Part shown: in pieces, positions 21,201-35,231 of the stretch
How positions within the stretch are numbered: the stretch's first letter is position 1
Layout: each line of letters opens with the position of its first letter
From: Lingula anatina
Lineage: Eukaryota; Animalia; Brachiopoda
DNA length: 64,000 nucleotides
NCBI GenBank assembly: GCA_051362555.1
Contig: CM120648.1
Span: 16,178,587 to 16,242,586, forward strand
Direction of reading: 5' to 3'
Made by a program: the position numbers and the translations under genes
Notes under the pieces: model-generated
Told to the model about the DNA's origin: nothing
The model's input: the letters and a program-made list of their open reading frames with translations, nothing else
Databases searched by the model: none

Positions 21201-23280
21201 ATGAGTGAAAAATACTGTCATCTTAGAGGAGAAAAAAAATTAGAGTTGCCAGGAGACAGAATGCCTGGAAGAAAAAAGGCCAGAAAATGGTATTTTAAGC
21301 CAGGCAATACCTATGGGTCTCAGTACTGGCAAGGTGTCAGTGAAAAAAAAGCAGACCAGAGGAAAGAAGAAAGTCACCCCTTTACCAGACTGAGTGCTAC
21401 TCAGTATGAAGATCTTGTGACAGTGAGGAGAGATGGCACTCTCAGCCTCCATGATGTTGATGGAAATCCTGCTCCAGTGAGGTTGCGGAGACCAGTAAAA
21501 CCAAAGGCCACAGTCCAGCAGCCTGAGTCTGATGGCAAGCCACCAGTCAGTGATGATGTCTACAAGCTACACCATCAGGGGAAGCTGCTGCAGTTTTTTA
21601 ATGACTGCTTTCAAGAGCATGCAGAGAAGAGTGCTGGTTGTGATGGCAGACTTGTCTTCGACCCAAACAAAGAGGAGAAGCGAGGACTGTGTTGGAAGGA
21701 GGAAATGAAGTGTGAGAAATGCAGCTATCACTCTAAAAAGACAAAACTGTACACAGAGGTGACAAGAGAAGGACCAGGGTGCAAGGCAGCAGTACCTAAT
21801 GTAGCCATACAAGTTGGACTGTCCCAGACAATGATATCAAATGTTGCATGACGGCGAATTTTGATGTCAGCTCACATCCCTGTACCAGCAACAAGTGGGA
21901 TGCAGAAACATACAAACAGTGTGCATGACAAGATAGTGGAAGCCAACAGAGGTGACATGGCCAGAAGGCAGGCTCAGCTGCATGAGAACAACCAAGTAAT
22001 GGGCCTCCCCAGAGACGCACCCATCAGAGTAGAGGGAGATGGACATTATAATAACCCCCTGTATTCAGGTGCAGGGAAAACTCCCTTCCAGGCAGGCACA
22101 CAGGCAGTGTATACAGTAGTTGAAAATCAAACTAAGAGCAAACAGGTGATTGCTGTGGCAACAAAAAATAAACTCGATCTGTACTACAGCACAAAGACTG
22201 AGAAACAAGGGGCAGCGTGTGACATGTCCAGATCACCATGGCCACTGCTCTGCTTCAGCACCTCCTAACTCCAGCATTGGCGATGAAGCTGACCTAGCCC
22301 AGGCATGTGTGTTGGAAATGCAGCAGGACAACGAGCCAACACGTGTGAAGTACTGCATTCTGGATGGTGATTCACGTGCACTGAAGGGTTTCCAACCTAC
22401 CTCAGAGACATCAACAAGTGATACATGTACCCCTCCGCTTCTACTAAAAGACACCCGTCACCTCAGTCTTGGACAGAAACGTGCACTGGCCAAAGTATCC
22501 TGGAGTTCTGGGATGTTTCCTAGACATCTGAAAATAGAGAAAGAAAAACTGATTAACAGATTCAATGAAGATGTTAAGCGTCAGTGTGCTATGACATTGT
22601 CACTGTGTTATGATGCATGTGCTGGAGATGTGAACAAGATGATAAAAAAACTGACCTATGCCACTGATGCCATGATTGACTGTTACAATGGAAACCATGA
22701 CTTATGCAAAAGAGGCAAGTCCTTCACATGTCAGGGCACAAAAAGACACCATTGGAACAAGCCCATGCTACCAGAAGGCTACAGGCTACATATGACTGAT
22801 GAGGATAAAGATAAATTAAGACAATGTATTGGTTACAAATTGGACAGAAATGCAGTGCTCTCTCAGCAATTTAATAGTAACAGTCAAAAAGCAGAAGCAG
22901 TTAACCGCACCTATACATCAACAAACCCAAAATGTGTCACCATGACAAGGAATTTCAGTGGCAGGATACACAGTGCTGTCCACAAGGTGAACAATGGACC
23001 AGGTCAGTCTACAGTGCAGCTACTGGAACATGTTGGAGCCAGCCTTCCACACAATTCCCGTGTTCGATGCCAGCTGAAAAGTGAAGATGCACAAGTGAAA
23101 AAGAGAAAAGACTCTAAAAAGACTATTAAAAGCAAGCAAAACAGAATAAAAACTGTTCTAAGAAACTATCAAATGTATGACTCTAGACCAGAAAAAGTTG
23201 TGTACAAAAAAGGCATGCATGACAAGCTGCCACAGAAATCCATTAGATGCCCTCCAGATCATAATTATAATAAAAAATAA
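21201..23280 (+). pseudogene. Transposase copy 6, nonsense mutation plus +4 frameshift
   Basis: TGC>TGA at 21849-21851 and the TCGATC insertion near 22174. Confidence 0.92.
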
Positions 23281-23383
23281 TAATTTTATATAAACAACGT
23301 GGTTTGTTATTTATTTATTAAATTGTGTGGGGTTAATTTTACTTAAAAGTTGGGGTTAACTTTCGCGGTCACACTTAAAAGTT

Positions 23384-23730
23384 GGGGTTAAAGTTAGGGT
23401 TAGGGTTAGACTTAGGGTTAGGGTTAGGGTTAAAGTTAGGGTTAGGGTTAGGGTTAGGGTTAAAGTTAGGGTTAGGGTTAGGGTTAAAGTTAGGGTTAGG
23501 GTTAGAGGGTTAGACTTAGGGTTAGGGTTAAAGTTAGGGTTAGGGTTAGGGTTAGGGTTAAAGTTAGGGTTAGGGTTAGGGTTAAAGTTAGGGTAAGGGT
23601 TAGAGGGTTAGACTTAGGGTTAGGGTTAGACTTAGGGTTAGACTTAGGGTTAGGGTTAAAGTTAGGGTTAGGGTTAGACTTAGGGTTAAAGTTAGGGTTA
23701 GGGTTAGACTTAGGGTTAGGGTTAGGGTTT
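23384..23730 (+). repeat. Telomere-like tract, unit 6 (expanded, ~345 bp)
   Basis: Longer hexamer array; one pre-tract ~35-bp repeat is missing. Confidence 0.97.
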
Positions 23731-25219
23731 GAGCTAGTTTTAAAAATGGGATAAATATTCTCCTACCGGCAGCTCTCTATCTTGTTAGTAAACAAACCAC
23801 TGCACTGCTGACATTTAGGAGTTCCCTGCACCAGAGGTCACACACTGCAACACAACTATCCTTGGTCCTGGAAAAAAAATATGCAGTATTTAACATCCTA
23901 GCCTGCTAGTTGGCACCAAAATTAACTCTAACAAAACAGGAAAAATGTCAGAAACAAAGAGGAAAAAATGAAATACAATTTTTATACACTGTAGTTTAGC
24001 AGAACTACATTTTGTCTGTCCTATACATGTCGTATTCTGTCATTGTAATGACCTATTTTTAGGGTTACACTTGCCACACAAGGGTAGAAACCACCAAATA
24101 ATTTCCCTTTGACAACTATACAAAGAAATGCCTGCAAAACTGCATGAATAAAAACATTTCCCATCCCCATGGACGGCAGACACACTGACATAACTCCCAA
24201 TGGCACAAAAATATACTGTCACCAGACATTATTTCTTACCGGCATTACTTGAACATGTGACCCTTCTGTTTGTAAGCAAACCACTGCACTGCTCACATGT
24301 AGTAGCTCCCTCCGCCAGAGGTCTCACGACTGCACCACAACTATGCCTGGTCCTGAAAAAAAAACTGGCAGTAGTTTACACCCTGGCCTGCTAGTTGATC
24401 CCAAATTTAACCCTAGCAACACACAAGAAATACCAGGAAAAAAAATGAAAAAAAGCACTATTTTTATCTGAATGAACTATATTCGTCTATAACAGATGCT
24501 AATTGGCTGATTTATCAGTTTCCGCCCAGAACCAGAAACCAAAAATAACAAAATGACAATCCACCTACATATCCGGTTTAAAGTAGTGCTCAAACTTAAT
24601 CAATCTTTATGAAATATTCACCAAAAACTCAACAGCAATCCTGAAACATATCTGGAAAATTTGGTGCCTGTTGTAACAGTACTTATTGATATATTGCAGA
24701 ATAAAAACATAGTCCAATTTACTGTGTTACACCTGTAAATTACAACAAAAATGAGAGTAATTATGGTATATGAAGACCTGTGATTTTATGAAAAAGCTAT
24801 ATATCACTTCCAATTTTTTTACATGAACAACTTGTTCCTTTAGCTAATCAAAAAAAATATTTCCACACACATTTACCTACTATGACCATTTTATGGAAAG
24901 TTTTAAGCTCCCCACCCCCCTAAATACATAGATAAATGGATAAAAATGCTGATGCATTATTCCAAACATCTAAGACCTAAAACCAACATTGCATACAAAA
25001 GACAAGGTGTCACTTCCTCACATGGAAAAAAAATTCCCAGGTTTACATCTGTGTAAACACTTTCCCTGGGGAGTTGAAATCAGTAGGGGCTCTGGGCCAG
25101 GTGGCTAGGGACAGGGAGCTAACACAAACATCCTGCTGCCTGGCCTCCTGCTGCCCTGTATAAAAGAGACCCCAGCTCAGCCAAAAATCATACCAGCTCA
25201 CAGAGTTAGTCTGAAGTCC

Positions 25220-27299
25220 ATGAGTGAAAAATACTGTCATCTTAGAGGAGAAAAAAAATTAGAGTTGCCAGGAGACAGAATGCCTGGAAGAAAAAAGGCC
25301 AGAAAATGGTATTTTAAGCCAGGCAATACCTATGGGTCTCAGTACTGGCAAGGTGTCAGTGAAAAAAAAGCAGACCAGAGGAAAGAAGAAAGTCACCCCT
25401 TTACCAGACTGAGTGCTACTCAGTATGAAGACCTTGTGACAGTGAGGAGAGATGGCACTCTCAGCCTCCATGATGTTGATGGAAATCCTGCTCCAGTGAG
25501 GTTGCGGAGACCAGTAAAACCAAAGGCCACAGTCCAGCAGCCTGAGTCTGATGGCAAGCCACCAGTCAGTGATGATGTCTACAAGCTACACCATCAGGGG
25601 AAGCTGCTGCAGTTTTTTAATGACTGCTTTCAAGAGCATGCAGAGAAGAGTGCTGGTTGTGATGGCAGACTTGTCTTCGACCCAAACAAAGAGGAGAAGC
25701 GAGGACTGTGTTGGAAGGAGGAAATGAAGTGTGAGAAATGCAGCTATCACTCTAAAAAGACAAAACTGTACACAGAGGTGACAAGAGAAGGACCAGGGTG
25801 CAAGGCAGCAGTACCTAATGTAGCCATACAAGTTGGACTGTCCCAGACAATGATATCAAATGTTGCATGCCGGCGAATTTTGATGTCAGCTCACATCCCT
25901 GTACCAGCAACAAGTGGGATGCAGAAACATACAAACAGTGTGCATGACAAGATAGTGGAAGCCAACAGAGGTGACATGGCCAGAAGGCGGGCTCAGCTGC
26001 ATGAGAACAACCAAGTAATGGGCCTCCCCAGAGACGCACCCATCAGAGTAGAGGGAGATGGACGTTATAATAACCCCCTGTATTCAGGTGCAGGGAAAAC
26101 TCCCTTCCAGGCAGGCACACAGGCAGTGTATACAGTAGTTGAAAATCAAACTAAGAGCAAACAGGTGATTGCTGTGGCAACAAAAAATAAACTCGATCTG
26201 TACTACAGCACAAAGACTGAGAAACAAGGGGCAGCGTGTGACATGTCCAGATCACCATGGCCACTGCTCTGCTTCAGCACCTCCTAACTCCAGCATTGGC
26301 GATGAAGCTGACCTAGCCCAGGCATGTGTGTTGGAAATGCAGCAGGACAACGAGCCAACACGTGTGAAGTACTGCATTCTGGATGGTGATTCATGTGCAC
26401 TGAAGGGTTTCCAACCTACCTCAGAGACATCAACAAGTGATACATGTACCCCTCCGCTTCTACTAAAAGACACCCGTCACCTCAGTCTTGGACAGAAACG
26501 TGCACTGGCCAAAGTATCCTGGAGTTCTGGGATGTTTCCTAGACATCTGAAAATAGAGAAAGAAAAACTGATAAACAGATTCAATGAGGATGTTAAGCGT
26601 CAGTGTGCTATGACATTGTCACTGTGTTATGATGCATGTGCTGGAGATGTGAACAAGATGATAAAAAAACTGACCTATGCCACTGATGCCATGATTGACT
26701 GTTACAATGGAAACCATGACTTATGCAAAAGAGGCAAGTCCTTCACATGTCAGGGCACAAAAAGACACCATTGGAACAAGCCCATGCTACCAGAAGGCTA
26801 CAGGCTACATATGACTGATGAGGATAAAGATAAATTAAGACAATGTATTGGTTACAAATTGGACAGAAATGCAGTGCTCTCTCAGCACTTTAATAGTAAC
26901 AGTCAAAAAGCAGAAGCAGTTAACCGCACCTATACATCAACAAACCCAAAATGTGTCACCATGACAAGGAATTTCAGTGGCAGGATACACAGTGCTGTCC
27001 ACAAGGTGAACAATGGACCAGGTCAGTCTACAGTGCAGCTACTGGAACATGTTGGAGCCAGCCTTCCACACAATTCCCGTGTTCGATGCCAGCTGAAAAG
27101 TGAAGATGCACAAGTGAAAAAGAGAAAAGACTCTAAAAAGACTATTAAAAGCAAGCAAAACAGAATAAAAACTGTTCTAAGAAACTATCAAATGTATGAC
27201 TCTAGACCAGAAAAAGTTGTGTACAAAAAAGGCATGCATGACAAGCTGCCACAGAAATCCATTAGATGCCCTCCAGATCATAATTATAATAAAAAATAA
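25220..27299 (+). pseudogene. Transposase copy 7, +4 frameshift
   Basis: ORFs 25220-26287 and 26169-27299. Confidence 0.92.
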
Positions 27300-27437
27300 T
27301 AATTTTATATAAACAACGTGGTTTGTTATTTATTTATTAAATTGTGTGGGGTTAATTTTACTTAAAAGTTGGGGTTAACTTTCGCGGTCACACTTAAAAG
27401 TTGGGGTTAACTTTCACAGCAGTCACACTTAAAAGTT

Positions 27438-27662
27438 GGGGTTAAAGTTAGGGTTAGGGTTAGACTTAGGGTTAGGGTTAGGGTTAAAGTTAGGGTTAGG
27501 GTTAGGGTTAGGGTTAAAGTTAGGGTTAGGGTTAGAGGGTTAGACTTAGGGTTAGGGTTAGACTTAGGGTTAGACTTAGGGTTAGGGTTAAAGTTAGGGT
27601 TAGGCTTAGACTTAGGGTTAAAGTTAGGGTTAGGGTTAGACTTAGGGTTAGGGTTAGGGTTT
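27438..27662 (+). repeat. Telomere-like tract, unit 7
   Basis: Hexamer array. Confidence 0.97.
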
Positions 27663-27797
27663 GAGCTAGTTTTAAAAATGGCCCAGCTAGAATGGGAGCC
27701 CCGGCTGCCCACAGGAGCCCAGGCTGCCAGAGAGACTGCCAGGGAGACTGTCCTTTTGCAGTCTGGGGCTCCAGTGTGCAGTCTCCTTGAGCAGGCA

Positions 27798-27988
27798 GAC
27801 TGCAAAGGGGGCTGCAATAACTTAAATATTTTTGCAGGGGACTGCAAAGGAGGCTGCAATAACTTAAACATTTTGCAGGGGACTGCAAAGGGGGCTTCAA
27901 TAACTTCAACATTTTGCAGGGGACTGCATAGGAGGCTGCAATAACTTAAATATTTTGCACGGGACTGCAAAGGAGGCTGCAATAACTG
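27798..27988 (+). repeat. ~41-bp subterminal tandem repeat (about 5 copies)
   Basis: GACTGCAAAGGRGGCTGCAATAACTTAAAYATTTTGCAGGG recurs. Confidence 0.9.
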
Positions 27989-29539
27989 ACATTTTTAACG
28001 TTGCCCAACGTATGCAATAAAAAACCCAATAGTTACTTAAAAAGTGTTTCTATTCGCAACTGAGAAGCATGTATGCTAATCTTTTGATCAGTTATCAGGC
28101 TTAAAAGAAAACATTTTCTTTTTATTAAGAGCTTGTCAAAATGACTTTAAAATTGTTTGGGTTAAAGGCAGTTGTTGGCTTTAATCCTCCAAGCTATATA
28201 TACACTCATATATAGTACATTTACTTCACCTATAAAAAATAACTGAGTGAACAGATTTATATTTTTTAAATAATGCTGTGAAAATATTATATGCTTAATC
28301 ATTGCTACTATTATCATTGAAATTAGACAAATGATTGAAGTCTTATTTTAATATACAATTGCACAATGTATAAATTTTAAACCTCACAGTTAGCATCAAT
28401 TTAAGTTGGACTTAAAATCAACTGGTAACTTTCAATAGACCAAATTCATTTCAAGTTAGGGGCATGTTTATCTTAACTGTCAGTTTGATATAAACAGTCC
28501 GCCTACAGCTTGCTCAATGAGATCAAATTACTATACTGGACAGTACATAGCACAGTTTAAACAGGCAGTAGTCCGTTGGGCTGATTCAAATATCTAAGCC
28601 AGAAGATATAGGTCAGGAATGTTCTAAGGAAGAGGCAAGAAATCTGAAAACATTGATTTCTGGATTGAAAAAGAAGACATTTTTAGGAAATATAGAAAGA
28701 AAAATGAAGAGATAAAGAGACAGGATAAGAAGTGAGCATGCAAGCCTTTTTGGTTTTGTATTTTCCTACATGTATAGTTTACTGATGCACCAGGATCCAT
28801 AGAGCCTTGGAAAGTGTTCAATTTTAACCCAGCACTTTGAATTCTGTTTGTGGTTTTGAAAAGTACTTGGAATTGCTATTAGGCTAGAAAAAGGTTTGCA
28901 TTTAACCATTTTGGTCCTTGTAAAAATCTTATTTAAAATTCTTTAGTTTTTGGCATGAATATCAACAATAATTCACAGATGAGGATAATTACCTTTTAAA
29001 ACATCTCTGTACATTTCATCATCATGCAGTGTGTTAAAAATACCAAGTTTAAATGAAATGAGCCTTTTTTCCTTTGGTATGTACACTTTAAAATTGTATT
29101 AGTGTATAACTTGCCCTCATTAGTTGAAAAAACCTTAAAAATTACTTGAAATATTGCTGTTATGTGTCTGTATATATGAATCCTGGTCAGTGAATTCTGT
29201 GATAGAGTTTTTGGAATGATTAAATAACATACAGTAGAATTCCCAGCCCTCTGCTAATATGGGCTTTGTATAGAAAAATATATATATGTAAAGCAGTAAA
29301 CTGAAGTAAATTGTATGGAGAGAAATAAACCAATATGTTAGATATAAATGGATCAGATAACATACATTTTATGATCAAGGGGAAATTTTGTATTTAGATT
29401 TGAACTTAAACACATACTTTGGAGAAATATTATTTCTAAATTCCTTTTGATAAATGTAATTATTGTTTGAATATACAAAAAATAAATAAATAAATAAAAT
29501 ATATAAATAAAAAGATTTTACCAAATTTTATTTTGCCAG

Positions 29540-30290
29540 TTGCCTAGGGAGACTGCAGAGTAGACTGCTAGAGGGGCTGCCAAGCAGACTGCTAGGGGGG
29601 CTGCCAAGCAGACTGCCAGGGGGACTGCCAAGCAGACTGCTAGGGGGACTGCCAAGCAGACTGCTAGGGGGGCTGCCAAGCAGACTGCCAGGGGGACTGC
29701 CCAGGCAGTCCCTCTGGCAGCGCGTTCCAAAAATGCAAATTAAGACTGCCAGGGAGACTGCCAAGCAGACTGCTAGGGGGGCTGCCAAAGCAGACTGCTA
29801 GGGGGACTGCTCAGGCAGTCCCTCTGGCAGCGCGTTCCAAAAATGCAAATTAAGACTGCCAGAGGGACTGCCAAGCAGACTGCTAGGGGGGCTGCCAAGC
29901 AGACTGCTAGGGGGGCTGCCAAGCAGACTGCTAAGGGGGCTGCCAAAGCAGACTGCTAGGGGGACTGCCCAGGCAGTCCCCCTGGCAGCGCGTTCCAAAA
30001 ATGCAAATTAAGACTGCCAGAGGGACTGCCAAGCAGACTGCTAGGGGGGCTGCCAAGCAGACTGCTAGGGGGGCTGCCAAAGCAGACTGCTAGGGGGACT
30101 GCCCAGGCAGTCCCCCTGGCAGCGCGTTCCAAAAATGCAAATTAAGACTGCCAAGGGGACTCCCTCCATACTTAAGGATACCTGCAAAGGAGGCTGCTAT
30201 GGGAGCGGGGACTGCTAGGGAGACTGCAAAGCAGGCTCCATGGGGGGACTGTAAAGGAGACTGCAAGCAGACTGCAAAGGGGACTACTTT
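29540..30290 (+). repeat. 24-bp subterminal minisatellite with higher-order blocks
   Basis: GGGGCTGCCAAGCAGACTGCTAGG units punctuated four times by GCAGTCCCYCTGGCAGCGCGTTCCAAAAATGCAAATTAAGACTGCC. Confidence 0.92.
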
Positions 30291-31773
30291 TCTAGCTGGG
30301 GGGATAAATATTCTCCTACCGGCAGCTCTCTATCTTGTTAGTAAACAAACCACTGCACTGCTGACATTTAGGAGTTCCCTGCACCAGAGGTCACACACTG
30401 CAACACAACTATCCTTGGTCCTGGAAAAAAAATATGCAGTATTTAACATCCTAGCCTGCTAGTTGGCACCAAAATTAACTCTAACAAAACAGGAAAAATG
30501 TCAGAAACAAAGAGGAAAAAATGAAATACAATTTTTATACACTGTATTTTAGCAGAACTACATTTTGTCTGTCCTATACATGTCGTATTCTGTCATTGTA
30601 ATGACCTATTTTTAGGGTTACACTTGCCACACAAGGGTAGAAACCACCAAATAATTTCCCTTTGACAACTATACAAAGAAATGCCTGCAAAACTGCATGA
30701 ATAAAAACATTTCCCATCCCCATGGACGGCAGACACACTGACATAACTCCCAATGGCACAAAAATATACTGTCACCAGACATTATTTCTTACCGGCATTA
30801 CTTGAACATGTGACCCTTCTGTTTGTAAGCAAACCACTGCACTGCTCACATGTAGTAGCTCCCTCCGCCAGAGGTCTCACGACTGCACCACAACTATGCC
30901 TGGTCCTGAAAAAAAAACTGGCAGTAGTTTACACCCTGGCCTGCTAGTTGATCCCAAATTTAACCCTAGCAACACACAAGAAATACCAGGAAAAAAAATG
31001 AAAAAAAGCACTATTTTTATCTGAATGAACTATATTCGTCTATAACAGATGCTAATTGGCTGATTTATCAGTTTCCGCCCAGAACCAGAAACCAAAAATA
31101 ACAAAATGACAATCCACCTACATATCCGGTTTAAAGTAGTGCTCAAACTTAATCAATCTTTATGAAATATTCACCAAAAACTCAACAGTAATCCTGAAAC
31201 ATATCTGGAAAATTTGGTGCCTGTTGTAACAGTACTTATTGATATATTGCAGAATAAAAACATAGTCCAATTTACTGTGTTACACCTGTAAATTACAACA
31301 AAAATGAGAGTAATTATGGTATATGAAGACCTGTGATTTTATGAAAAAGCTATATATCACTTCCAATTTTTTTACATGAACAACTTGTTCCTTTAGCTAA
31401 TCAAAAAAAAATATTTCCACACACATTTACCTACTATGACCATTTTATGGAAAGTTTTAAGCTCCCCACCCCCCTAAATACATAGATAAATGGATAAAAA
31501 TGCTGATGCATTATTCCAAACATCTAAGACCTAAAACCAACATTGCATACAAAAGACAAGGTGTCACTTCCTCACATGGAAAAAAAATTCCCAGGTTTAC
31601 ATCTGTGTAAACACTTTCCCTGGGGAGTTGAAATCAGTAGGGGCTCTGGGCCAGGTGGCTAGGGACAGGGAGCTAACACAAACATCCTGCTGCCTGGCCT
31701 CCTGCTGCCCTGTATAAAAGAGACCCCAGCTCAGCAAAAAATCATACCAGCTCACAGAGTTAGTCTGAAGTCC

Positions 31774-33847
31774 ATGAGTGAAAAATACTGTCATCTTAGA
31801 GGAGAAAAAAAAAATTAGAGTTGCCAGGAGACAGAATGCCTGGAAGAAAAAAGGCCAGAAAATGGTATTTTAAGCCAGGCAATACCTATGGGTCTCAGTA
31901 CTGGCAAGGTGTCAGTGAAAAAAAAGCAGACCAGAGGAAAGAAGAAAGTCACCCCTTTACCAGACTGAGTGCTACTCAGTATGAAGACCTTGTGACAGTG
32001 AGGAGAGATGGCACTCTCAGCCTCCATGATGTTGATGGAAATCCTGCTCCAGTGAGGTTGCGGAGACCAGTAAAACCAAAGGCCACAGTCCAGCAGCCTG
32101 AGTCTGATGGCAAGCCACCAGTCAGTGATGATGTCTACAAGCTACACCATCAGGGGAAGCTGCTGCAGTTTTTTAATGACTGCTTTCAAGAGCATGCAGA
32201 GACCAGTGCTGGTTGTGATGGCAGACTTGTCTTTGACCCAAACAAAGAGGAGAAGCGAGGACTGTGTTGGAAGGAGGAAATGAAGTGTGAGAAATGCAGA
32301 TATCACTCTAAAAAGACAAAACTGTACACAGAGGTGTGAAGAGAAGGACCAGGGTGCAAGGCAGCAGTACCTATTGTAGCCATACAAGTTGGACTGTCCC
32401 AGACAATGATATCAAATCTTGCATGCCGGCGAATTTTGATGTCAGCTCACATCCCTGTACCAGCAACAAGTGGGATGCAGAAACATACAAACAGTGTGCA
32501 TGACAAGATAGTGGAAGCCAACAGAGGTAACATGGCCAGAAGGCGGGCTCAGCTGCATGAGAACAACCAAGTAATGGGCCTCCCCAGAGATGCACCCATC
32601 AGAGTAGAGGGAGATGGACGTTATAATAACCCCCTGTATTCAGGTGCAGGGAAAACTCCCTTCCAGGCAGGCACACAGGCAGTGTATACAGTAGTTGAAA
32701 ATCAAACTAAGAGCAAACAGGTGATTGCTGTGGCAACAAAAAATAAACTCTGTGTACTACAGCACAAAGACTGAGAAACAAGGGGCAGCGTGTGACATGT
32801 CCAGATCACCATGGCCACTGCTCTGCTTCAGCACCTCCTAACTCCAGCATTGGCGATGAAGCTGACCTAGCCCAGGCATGTGTGTTGGAAATGCAGCAGG
32901 ACAACGAGCCAACACGTGTGAAGTACTGCATTCTGGATGGTGATTCACGTGCACTGAAGGGTTTCCAACCTACCTCAGAGACATCAACAAGTGATACCCC
33001 TCCGCTTCTACTAAAAGACACCCGTCACCTCAGTCTTGGACAGAAACGTGCACTGGCCAAAGTATCCTGGAGTTCTGGGATGTTTCCTAGACATCTGAAA
33101 ATAGAGAAAGAAAAACTGATAAACAGATTCAATGAGGATGTTAAGCGTCAGTGTGCTATGACATTGTCACTGTGTTATGATGCATGTGCTGGAGATGTGA
33201 ACAAGATGATAAAAAAACTGACCTATGCCACTGATGCCATGATTGACTGTTACAATGGAAACCATGACTTATGCAAAAGAGGCAAGTCCTTCACATGTCA
33301 GGGCACAAAAAGACACCATTGGAACAAGCCCATGCTACCAGAAGGCTACAGGCTACATATGACTGATGAGGATAAAGATAAATTAAGACAATGTATTGGT
33401 TACAAATTGGACAGAAATGCAGTGCTCTCTCAGCAATTTAATAGTAACAGTCAAAAAGCAGAAGCAGTTAACCGCACCTATACATCAACAACCCAAAATG
33501 TGTCACCATGACAAGGAATTTCAGTGGCAGGATACACAGTGCTGTCCACAAGGTGAACAATGGACCAGGTCAGTCTACAGTGCAGCTACTGGAACATGTT
33601 GGAGCCAGCCTTCCACACAATTCCCGTGTTCGATGCCAGCTGAAAAGTGAAGATGCACAAGTGAAAAAGAGAAAAGACTCTAAAAAGACTATTAAAAGCA
33701 AGCAAAACAGAATAAAAACTGTTCTAAGAAACTATCAAATGTATGACTCTAGACCAGAAAAAGTTGTGTACAAAAAAGGCATGCATGACAAGCTGCCACA
33801 GAAATCCATTAGATGCCCTCCAGATCATAATTATAATAAAAAAATAA
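31774..33847 (+). pseudogene. Transposase copy 8, several stops and frameshifts
   Basis: Fragments 31821-32339, 32406-32774, 32792-33511 and 33508-33888. Confidence 0.92.
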
Positions 33848-33979
33848 TAATTTTATATAAACAACGTGGTTTGTTATTTATTTATTAAATTGTGTGGGGT
33901 TAATTTTACTTGGGGTTAACTTTCCCGGTCACACTTAAAAGTTGGGGTTAACTTTCACAGCAGTCACACTTAAAAGTTG

Positions 33980-34185
33980 GGGTTAAAGTTAGGGTTAGGG
34001 TTAGACTTAGGGTTAGGGTTAGGGTTAGGGTTAGGGTTAGAGGGTTAGGGTTAGGGTTAGGGTTAGACTTAGGGTTAGACTTAGGGTTAGGGTTAAAGTT
34101 AGGGTTAGGGTTAGACTTAGGGTTAAAGTTAGGGTTAGGGTTAGACTTAGGGTTAGGGTTAGGGTTAGTGTTAGGGTTAGGGTTT
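33980..34185 (+). repeat. Telomere-like tract, unit 8
   Basis: Hexamer array, shorter variant. Confidence 0.97.
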
Positions 34186-34686
34186 GGGCTAGTTTTAAAA
34201 ATGGGATAAATATTCTCCTACCGGCAGCTCTCTATCTTGTTAGTAAACAAACCACTGCACTGCTGACATTTAGGAGTTCCCTGCACCAGAGGTCCCACAC
34301 TGCAACACAACTATCCTTGGTCCTGGAAAAAAAATATGCAGTATTTAACATCCTAGCCTGCTAGTTGGCACCAAAATTAACTCTAACAAAACAGGAAAAA
34401 TGTCAGAAACAAAGAGGAAAAAATGAAATACAATTTTTATACACTGTATTTTAGCAGAACTACATTTTGTCTGTCCTATACATGTCGTATTCTGTCATTG
34501 TAATGACCTATTTTTAGGGTTACACTTGCCACACAAGGGTAGAAACCACCCTTTGACAACTATACAAAGAAATGCCTGCAAAACTGCATGAATAAAAACA
34601 TTTCCCATCCCCATGGACGGCAGACACACTGACATAACTCCCAATGGCACAAAAATATACTGTCACCAGACATTATTTCTTACCGG

Positions 34687-35231
34687 TGTCACGTGTACGG
34701 TCCGTTCTGCGTGAACCATCCGTCCTGACTGATTGTACACGCAGCAGACGCGTGTATGAGCCGTTCCGTGAATGATCCGTTGTTATTCACTAGTACTGTT
34801 ATATTCGGCTAGTTCATTTCCTACCACATTATACATTTACTATGATGGGGATAAAATTCACGTGTTAATTGATAATTTTGATAGAGAATCAGCGTCAAAT
34901 TACAGTTCGCCGCATAGATGAACCTACCGTGGACGGGCCGTCGTTATTCAGCTGCTAGCTACTATTTTTGTATTGATTTTACTAGGCTAGTGTGTTGATA
35001 TGACCACGGTCCACCTGAGGGAAATCGCAGTAGAGGTGAACATCTATAAGATATGGATACTTCTAAAGATTACGTTTGAATTTGCAGTATGTTCTCAACA
35101 GTGTTTGTTTATTAAAGGTTAAGACTGTATTGATGAGACAGACTGTACACGCCGGAAGTATCTCAGATTTGCCGCCGCTTTGTGCGCATGAGCAGAACGG
35201 ATGGTTCACGGTCCGAGCGGTACACGCCACA
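34687..35231. mobile_element. 545-bp solo LTR (Gypsy-like) inserted in the spacer of unit 9
   Basis: TG...CA ends (TGTCACGTGTAC / GTACACGCCACA), CCGG duplicated on both sides, and empty site TTACCGGCATTA in other units. Internal TATAAG (35045) and ATTAAA (35111). Confidence 0.75.

Larger units (their letters stand above)
27682..30300. mobile_element. 2619-bp non-autonomous CMC/EnSpm(CACTA)-like DNA transposon
   Basis: 11-bp TIRs CCCAGCTAGAA...TTCTAGCTGGG and a 2-bp TSD (GG) relative to the empty site AAAATGGGATAA in other units. The unit period rises by exactly 2621 bp. GACTGC-rich subterminal repeats at both ends, AT-rich non-coding middle. Confidence 0.88.

Noticed and set aside
27407-27982. 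ORFs with NPNPKS / LTLTLT repeats
   Set aside because: They are translations of the telomere-like tract and subterminal repeats.
29518-30150. CRISPR-like array, or the repetitive ORFs (PLAVCLA, GSPPSSLL)
   Set aside because: The intervening sequences are themselves copies of a 24-bp motif rather than unique spacers; the context is eukaryotic with no cas genes.
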